Shown here piece by piece: positions 58,392 through 64,000 of a stretch of DNA of 64,000 nucleotides. The stretch is from a bacterium (GTDB lineage: Bacteria; Patescibacteriota; Minisyncoccia; Phycocordibacterales; Zambryskibacteraceae). The notes below the pieces were generated by a model. It saw only the letters and a list, made by a program, of their open reading frames with translations. It made no database searches and was not told where the DNA came from. Positions within the stretch are counted from its first letter, which is position 1. Every line of letters begins with the position of its first letter. Location: assembly GCA_023266935.1 (NCBI GenBank), contig JAHFOF010000002.1, forward strand, positions 4,469 through 68,468, read 5' to 3'. Both the position numbers and the translations under genes were made by a program.

Positions 58392-59258
58392 CTACTCGTG
58401 TTCAGATTTTATTTTTCCGCCTAATGTTCTTAATTCTTTTAGTGCTTGTTCCGCTTCTTTGGGTGAAGGTGGCTTACCATGCCAGCGATAATCTCGTTCA
58501 AACTCTTTCACTCCCTTGCCTGGGATAGTGTGAGCGATGATGACCGTGGGCTTCTCAAAAATTGTTTTACTCATTTCAAACGCATCAGCGATTTCTTCCA
58601 TATTGTGCCCATCAATCTCTATCACATGCCAATTAAAGGCGCGCCATTTATCCGAAAGAGATTCGAGAGGCATGATGTCTTCAGTAAATCCGTCTATTTG
58701 AATATTGTTTCTATCTACTACAGCTACTAAATTATGGAGTTTGTTTTTCCCTGCGAGCATAACTGCTTCCCAACTTTGACCTTCATCGAGTTCTCCGTCA
58801 CTCATCAAACAATAAATTCTCCTTTGTCCATCTTTAATATCTATTTTGTCTGCGAGCGCCATCCCTACCGCTTGAGAAAGTCCTGAACCGAGTGGGCCAG
58901 AACTTGTCTCAAGCATTGAGAGATAATCTCTGTGGGGATGACCTTGTAAACGTGAACTGAATTTGCGCAGAGTTAATAATTCTTCTTTAGGGAAATATCC
59001 AGCATAGGCCATCGTCGCGTATAAAACCGGGCAAATGTGCCCGTTCGAAAGCACTAATCTATCTCTATCTTCCCAAAATGGATTCTTCGAATCGTGTTTG
59101 AGTGTATGAAAATATAAAACGGTGAAGATATCCGCCATCCCAAGCGGTCCAGCCGTGTGTCCGGAGCCTGCTGTGACCAACATCTCTATAATTGATTCAC
59201 GAATATCATTCGCTGTTTCTTCGAGTTTTATTTTCTTTTCTTCAAAAAGATCTTTCAT
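58392..59258 (-). CDS. Transketolase, N-terminal subunit
   Basis: GSGH, DRLVLSNGH, LQGHP and SDGELDEG motifs. Confidence 0.93.
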   Translation of the reverse strand: MKDLFEEKKIKLEETANDIRESIIEMLVTAGSGHTAGPLGMADIFTVLYFHTLKHDSKNPFWEDRDRLVLSNGHICPVLYATMAYAGYFPKEELLTLRKFSSRLQGHPHRDYLSMLETSSGPLGSGLSQAVGMALADKIDIKDGQRRIYCLMSDGELDEGQSWEAVMLAGKNKLHNLVAVVDRNNIQIDGFTEDIMPLESLSDKWRAFNWHVIEIDGHNMEEIADAFEMSKTIFEKPTVIIAHTIPGKGVKEFERDYRWHGKPPSPKEAEQALKELRTLGGKIKSEHE

Positions 59259-59259
59259 T

Positions 59260-59964
59260 TTAATTTGTAAGTTCTTGAAAATCTAACAAAGCTTCTTCGG
59301 GATCACCAGATGTGAAGATGGCCGAGCCGATGATGAGACGGTTCGCGCCGGCTTCGATTAATTCACTCGCATTTTCTAGATTAATCCCCCCATCGACTGA
59401 TACAATCGTTTCTGGAAACTTCTCTTTTAGCTCTTTAATTCTATCAAATATTTTCTGATCGAATGGATGGCCTTGCTCACCAATCTTCTCTATACTCATG
59501 AGGTGAATAAAATCTGCTTCGAGGACATGCGGATAAATTTTCTCCATTTGAGTTTCTATGTTCACCGCGAGCCCCACTTCTACCCCGAGGTGACTGTTGT
59601 TTTTACTAAATCTGTTTTTTAAAATAGAGAGTGTTCGACTGAGTTCATCATCATCAAATGATTCAAAATGAATGATGATTCTTTCTGCACCAGCAAGAAT
59701 CCAATCTTCAATAATCTCTTTTGGATTCTTCACCATCAGATGCACTTCGAAACTTGTTTCTTCCCAAAAAGGAAACCCTTCTACTTCGTTCACAATTTTC
59801 AAAAAATCTGTTTGATCTCCATCATACGGCCAATTAGATTTTGGAGTCAAAGTACTATTCGTCACATCTATGTGAACCATCGGTGCATGCCCAACCACGA
59901 GAGAAAGCTTTTCTTCTAAATCAGAAAAATCTTCGGGTAGAATCGCTGGGATAATCTCAACCAT
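59260..59964 (-). CDS. rpe: Ribulose-phosphate 3-epimerase
   Basis: HIDV, EVHLMV and VDGGIN motifs. Confidence 0.9.
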   Translation of the reverse strand: MVEIIPAILPEDFSDLEEKLSLVVGHAPMVHIDVTNSTLTPKSNWPYDGDQTDFLKIVNEVEGFPFWEETSFEVHLMVKNPKEIIEDWILAGAERIIIHFESFDDDELSRTLSILKNRFSKNNSHLGVEVGLAVNIETQMEKIYPHVLEADFIHLMSIEKIGEQGHPFDQKIFDRIKELKEKFPETIVSVDGGINLENASELIEAGANRLIIGSAIFTSGDPEEALLDFQELTN

Positions 59965-60421
59965 TTAATTCATTCATCTTATTTATCCTCCTCACATGTC
60001 GTTCATCACCAGAAAACGGAATTTCTAACCAATCTTTCACTGCACTGAACGCTTCTTCTTCGGTTATGAACCTTGCTCCAAGGGCTAGGATATTTGAATC
60101 ATTATCATTTCTTGTCGCTTTAATAATAGAAGTATTAGTGTTTGGTCCATAATACACGCTTGCCCGAACGTCTTTAAACTTGTTTGCGACCATCGCCTCA
60201 CCTTGGCCAGAACCACCCAGAATAATCCCTCGAACCTCTGTAGAATTTGGATTTTTTGAAACCTCTTCGGCCACTTTCTCCATAAAGTCTGGGTAATCAT
60301 CATAAGCATCATATTCGAATGCTCCCTTATCTACGACTTCGTGTCCTAAATTTTCTAAGAATGGAATCAATTTACCCTTGAGTTCGAAACCCGCATGATC
60401 TGCCCCAATAAAAATTTTCAT
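59957..60421 (-). CDS. rpiB: Ribose-5-phosphate isomerase B
   Basis: GADHAG, DDYPD, GSGQG and RHVRRI motifs. Confidence 0.92.
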   Translation of the reverse strand: MKIFIGADHAGFELKGKLIPFLENLGHEVVDKGAFEYDAYDDYPDFMEKVAEEVSKNPNSTEVRGIILGGSGQGEAMVANKFKDVRASVYYGPNTNTSIIKATRNDNDSNILALGARFITEEEAFSAVKDWLEIPFSGDERHVRRINKMNELNG

Positions 60422-60422
60422 A

Positions 60423-61448
60423 TTATTTTGATTTACCCACTTCTAATACATGTAGAAGCAGGGTGTGAGTATACCCCATCTCGTTGTCATACCAAGCGAG
60501 AACTTTTACTAAATTCCCCCCTACCACCCTAGTGAGAGAAAGGTCGGCCACCGAACCGAATTCAGAACCTATGATATCTGATGAAACAAGCTGTTCCGTA
60601 GTCACCGCAAACACCTTCGACCATCTTGGTTCAAGAGATGCTTTGTTCAAAATTGAATTCACTTCTTCAACTGTTGTATTTCTCTTGGCGATAAAAGTCA
60701 CATCGACAATAGAACCAGCGATGACTGGCACACGCATCGCTATCCCATCAAACAAACCTTCGAGTTTGGGGAAAGCCTTGGTCACCGCGATGGCTGCACC
60801 AGTCGAAGTAGGCACGATATTATACGCCCCTGCCCGTCCTTCACGAACATCGCGTTTGTTCGCTGAATCTACGATGGTTTGATTAATCGTATTAGCATGA
60901 GCAGTATTCAAAACTGCTTTCTCTATCCCAATCCCTTCGTCGAGAATAGCGATGAGAGGTGAAGCGGCGTTCGTTGTACAAGATGCATCCGAAGTAATGA
61001 GACACCCATTGAATTTACTTTCATTCACACCCATCAAAACTGTAGCCCCAGCGATCCCAGCAGGATCATCTTTCATCGGAGCGGTCACCACCACCCTTTT
61101 TGCTCCCGCTTCCAAATGAACCTTGGCTTTTTCATATGTAGTGAACAACCCAGTGGATTCTACAACTACATCGATGCCTAAATTTTTCCACGGGAGTTTT
61201 TGCGGGTCCTTTTCAGACAAATAAATAATTTCTTTTCCATCTAAAACTAGTTTTGTTTTATCAGAAGAAACAGAGGATGTGAACTGTGCTGGACCATAAA
61301 CCGAATCATGTTTAATGAGATAAACGATATTATCTATATCTGCAAGGTCATTCACCGCAACTACTTCAATTTCTGGATTATTTAGAGCAAGCTTCACAAA
61401 GCTACGGCCTATTCGTCCTGCGCCGTTCACGGCAACTCTTATTTTCAT
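60423..61448 (-). CDS. gap: Glyceraldehyde-3-phosphate dehydrogenase (type I)
   Basis: NGAGRIGR, ASCTTN and WYDNEMGY motifs. Confidence 0.93.
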   Translation of the reverse strand: MKIRVAVNGAGRIGRSFVKLALNNPEIEVVAVNDLADIDNIVYLIKHDSVYGPAQFTSSVSSDKTKLVLDGKEIIYLSEKDPQKLPWKNLGIDVVVESTGLFTTYEKAKVHLEAGAKRVVVTAPMKDDPAGIAGATVLMGVNESKFNGCLITSDASCTTNAASPLIAILDEGIGIEKAVLNTAHANTINQTIVDSANKRDVREGRAGAYNIVPTSTGAAIAVTKAFPKLEGLFDGIAMRVPVIAGSIVDVTFIAKRNTTVEEVNSILNKASLEPRWSKVFAVTTEQLVSSDIIGSEFGSVADLSLTRVVGGNLVKVLAWYDNEMGYTHTLLLHVLEVGKSK

Positions 61449-61485
61449 ATCATTATGATATCATATGCCACCCTCTGTTTCAGGA

Positions 61486-63801
61486 TTAAGAAGTGACGAC
61501 TTGTTGAGAAATTTCTTCGACTTCACAGACCCCACCCGCACAAGCGAGTTCTTTTTTTGCTTCGGTCTCATCGGTCAGTTCGTAGGTCATAATCTTGGAA
61601 AAATCGATGTTTTCAAATCTCTTTAAAAGTTCTTTATAGTGTTTCTCATCTATGGTCTCATAAGGAGCGAGTTGATAAACATGGTTTTCTCGAGGAAGGA
61701 ATGAAAGTCCACCGACGAGGTCCCAATTCTCATAAATCCAATTTGCCACGACGATCCACTCGTCTTCTCCGATAGAGATGGTGACCGAAGGATTATGTTC
61801 AGTAAAATATTGTTTAACCATTTTCCAATATTCTAATTGATCTATGGCCGTGAGGTCATTCTTGAATACTTTTGTGCTCGTGGGTGCTTTCACTGGGAAA
61901 TCGATAACAAACGTCGTAGCGTTCTCCATCGACTGACCAACTTCTGGATGATAAGGCACACCTTGGTCACGAAGCATTTTGAACAAAGCATCTGTAGAAG
62001 CAATACGAACACGACGAATATAATACGGTGCGTGTCGAGGATGCATGCCTGATGAACAATCAAAGGTTTGTGAACCATTGCCGTTCGGTTTTACACAAGT
62101 GATAGAGGTTGATCCGTTTATACCAAACTTCTTCGCATAAATTTTATTGATTCTAATGGTTTCTTTTTTTAATTTGTCGAAAGTTTTTGGATTACGCAGA
62201 GCGGGACAATCCCACTGACCAGTGACAGAAACTCCGAGGAGTCGCTCTTTCTCACAGTTTTCTTTCCACTCTTTAGAAAGATACGGGAAATAAGTTAAGG
62301 TAGATTGGAAAGTTCCGATAATCGTGGCGATCCTGATTTTACGCAACAAACTTTTTTCGGTGTCGTTCTCTCTGGCTATTGTTTCTGTGAGGTTACAAAA
62401 TTGTTTTGATTGAAGATATATTTCGCCACAAGGATTCGTCCCAATAGGTGGCATGTCTCCAACTTTCCACTGAGCCAGACGACGTTCGGGCATAGTTTTT
62501 GGTAGAGAACCTCTGTTGAATATTCCTCTCTCGCCCGAACCGGACTTCATTAGAGCCACCCACTCTTCCATAAACTGTGCGGCGGTTGGTTTCTCTTCAT
62601 AGACAGCTGAATTGTTCGCCAGCATTCTTTGGGGATCGGTGTTCCAGAATTGACCTTTCTTTGCATCACGAATATCGTTGTCATCGAGGTCAGAAAGTGA
62701 AATCATGGCTGAACGACGTACTCCACCAGATACCACAATATCAGCGATGGTTGTGATGATATCGTGAACATCGAGGTTGGAGAGTCGTTTTCCTTGCTTG
62801 GCGAGCATTTTCCTTCTAGTAAAGGTAAGTAACTGACGAAGTGGGTCTGGTCCACTCGATTTACCACCCATCGTAGAGAGTCGAGCCCCAGAAGGACGAA
62901 GTAGAGAGAAATCGAACTTTACATCTGCACCTTTCGCCCAAGTTTCCATGCCGTAAATAAAGGCATCACACCATCCTTCTTTCGAATCTGGGATAACAAA
63001 AGTTGGTGTCATCTTGCCTGTTTGTCTTTTTATTTGAGGAAGTTTGCCAATGTTCTCACTCTGCACCTGAAATCCAACACCAGCACCACACATCGAGATG
63101 TACATTATCTCTGCGATGTCTCTCCAACTTTCTGGAGCAGTGAATGAACAATTATAAGCACAAACATTTGTAGTTCGCGCCGCTTTACCCGCAAACTGGA
63201 AAAGTCGCATCGAGGGCATCGCTTCTTGTTTAAGGATTGATTCTCGAATTTCTGCGTACTCATTCTCTTTAAGTTTCTTACCTAAATTTTCTTTCATGAA
63301 ACTCATATATCGATCGACTGTTTCTATCCAAGTTTCTCTTCTGTTCTCTTCTGGTATCCAACGCGAGTAAGTTCTGTAGTAAACAAACTCTCCAAGTGGA
63401 TTTCTAAAATATTTTTTTGAGTCGGTCGCCAGTTTTTTTACTTTCTCAGGGACTTCAATGCCTTTGTATCGAATCGAATTTCTTTTTTCTCTGTATAAAA
63501 TGTAAGCCTTCGCAGTAGTGACGTATTCAGAGAGCATCAATTGTTTTTCTACAGAATTTTGAACCCCTTCAACAGTAGGAACAAAACTCGTATGCTTCTT
63601 AGAAATGCGAACGAGGTCTGCATAAACCCCGTTGGCAATAATTTCTGCTTCTTCTGATGAACCTTCACCCGTGGCTATCATTGCTTTATTCACCGCGTTC
63701 GCAATACGATCTATATCAAAGGAGACAATTTGTCCGTTTCGCTTTTGAACTTGTTTGATGAGCGAAACTTTTTTCATCGGGTTTTTTGTCGCCTTGGCCA
63801 T
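61486..63801 (-). CDS. nrdJ: Class II (B12-dependent, RTPR-like) ribonucleotide reductase with N-terminal ATP cone
   Basis: VQKRNGQIVSFD ATP cone, TNPCGEI, TCVKP and a C-terminal CAGGVC. Confidence 0.88.
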   Translation of the reverse strand: MAKATKNPMKKVSLIKQVQKRNGQIVSFDIDRIANAVNKAMIATGEGSSEEAEIIANGVYADLVRISKKHTSFVPTVEGVQNSVEKQLMLSEYVTTAKAYILYREKRNSIRYKGIEVPEKVKKLATDSKKYFRNPLGEFVYYRTYSRWIPEENRRETWIETVDRYMSFMKENLGKKLKENEYAEIRESILKQEAMPSMRLFQFAGKAARTTNVCAYNCSFTAPESWRDIAEIMYISMCGAGVGFQVQSENIGKLPQIKRQTGKMTPTFVIPDSKEGWCDAFIYGMETWAKGADVKFDFSLLRPSGARLSTMGGKSSGPDPLRQLLTFTRRKMLAKQGKRLSNLDVHDIITTIADIVVSGGVRRSAMISLSDLDDNDIRDAKKGQFWNTDPQRMLANNSAVYEEKPTAAQFMEEWVALMKSGSGERGIFNRGSLPKTMPERRLAQWKVGDMPPIGTNPCGEIYLQSKQFCNLTETIARENDTEKSLLRKIRIATIIGTFQSTLTYFPYLSKEWKENCEKERLLGVSVTGQWDCPALRNPKTFDKLKKETIRINKIYAKKFGINGSTSITCVKPNGNGSQTFDCSSGMHPRHAPYYIRRVRIASTDALFKMLRDQGVPYHPEVGQSMENATTFVIDFPVKAPTSTKVFKNDLTAIDQLEYWKMVKQYFTEHNPSVTISIGEDEWIVVANWIYENWDLVGGLSFLPRENHVYQLAPYETIDEKHYKELLKRFENIDFSKIMTYELTDETEAKKELACAGGVCEVEEISQQVVTS

Positions 63802-63875
63802 AAATTCTTTGGATAAAATTAGTGATAATATTTACTTATATTTGGTTATTCTACGGAAAATTAGGATGAAAAAAC

Positions 63876-63884
63876 TGTGGATAA
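63876..63884. promoter_or_regulatory. Consensus DnaA box (TGTGGATAA) upstream of nrdJ
   Basis: Exact reverse complement of TTATCCACA, about 75 bp upstream of the start. Confidence 0.5.
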
Positions 63885-63911
63885 CGATTTCTTTTTCATA
63901 AAAAATTAAAT

Positions 63912-63933
63912 CTCCCACCTTGTAAAGTGGGAG
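63912..63933. terminator. Hairpin, probable terminator of an upstream minus-strand gene
   Basis: CTCCCAC-cttgtaaa-GTGGGAG next to an A-rich run on the plus strand (U-rich on minus). Confidence 0.5.
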
Positions 63934-64000
63934 GTCAAACGAGGGCTTTGTAGCGACTCAAAAAAAGACAGATTTCTAAAATTTTATAAACCCGTCGAGA

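Overview
Mostly AT-rich bacterial chromosome segment that looks like a Patescibacteria/CPR (Parcubacteria-like) genome. It carries core information-processing genes (hisS, rpoD, dnaG, rpoBC, trmD, rpsP, rnr, smc, rnc, nusB, rpmF, rnhB, dnaE, thrS, gyrB, pheS, tsf, rpsB, prfA, rpmE, rplY, tRNA-Thr), a glycolysis/pentose-phosphate cluster, a class II ribonucleotide reductase and two large surface proteins. The standout is a locus at about 47380-48960 (minus strand) inserted between fba and a pfkB kinase. It encodes a GC-rich 364-aa IS110/Nop-domain protein whose RuvC-like domain has lost key catalytic acids. The gene is flanked by seven stem-loop units (2 upstream, 5 downstream), each holding two variable 9-nt spacers framed by fixed CG[A/U] and UG motifs, all between one promoter and one terminator. 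This is the architecture of a stem-loop TIGR-Tas-like RNA-guided system, probably nuclease-dead, and its own ribosome-binding site sits in a degenerate unit. Other notable items are two tandem promoter-terminator cassettes carrying apparently non-coding structured RNAs (40.4-41.5 kb), a TrpR/YerC-like gene bracketed by palindromic operators, a single-chain PheRS, a truncated HisRS and widespread leaderless-type gene starts. All calls were made by eye from the sequence; no database searches were run.
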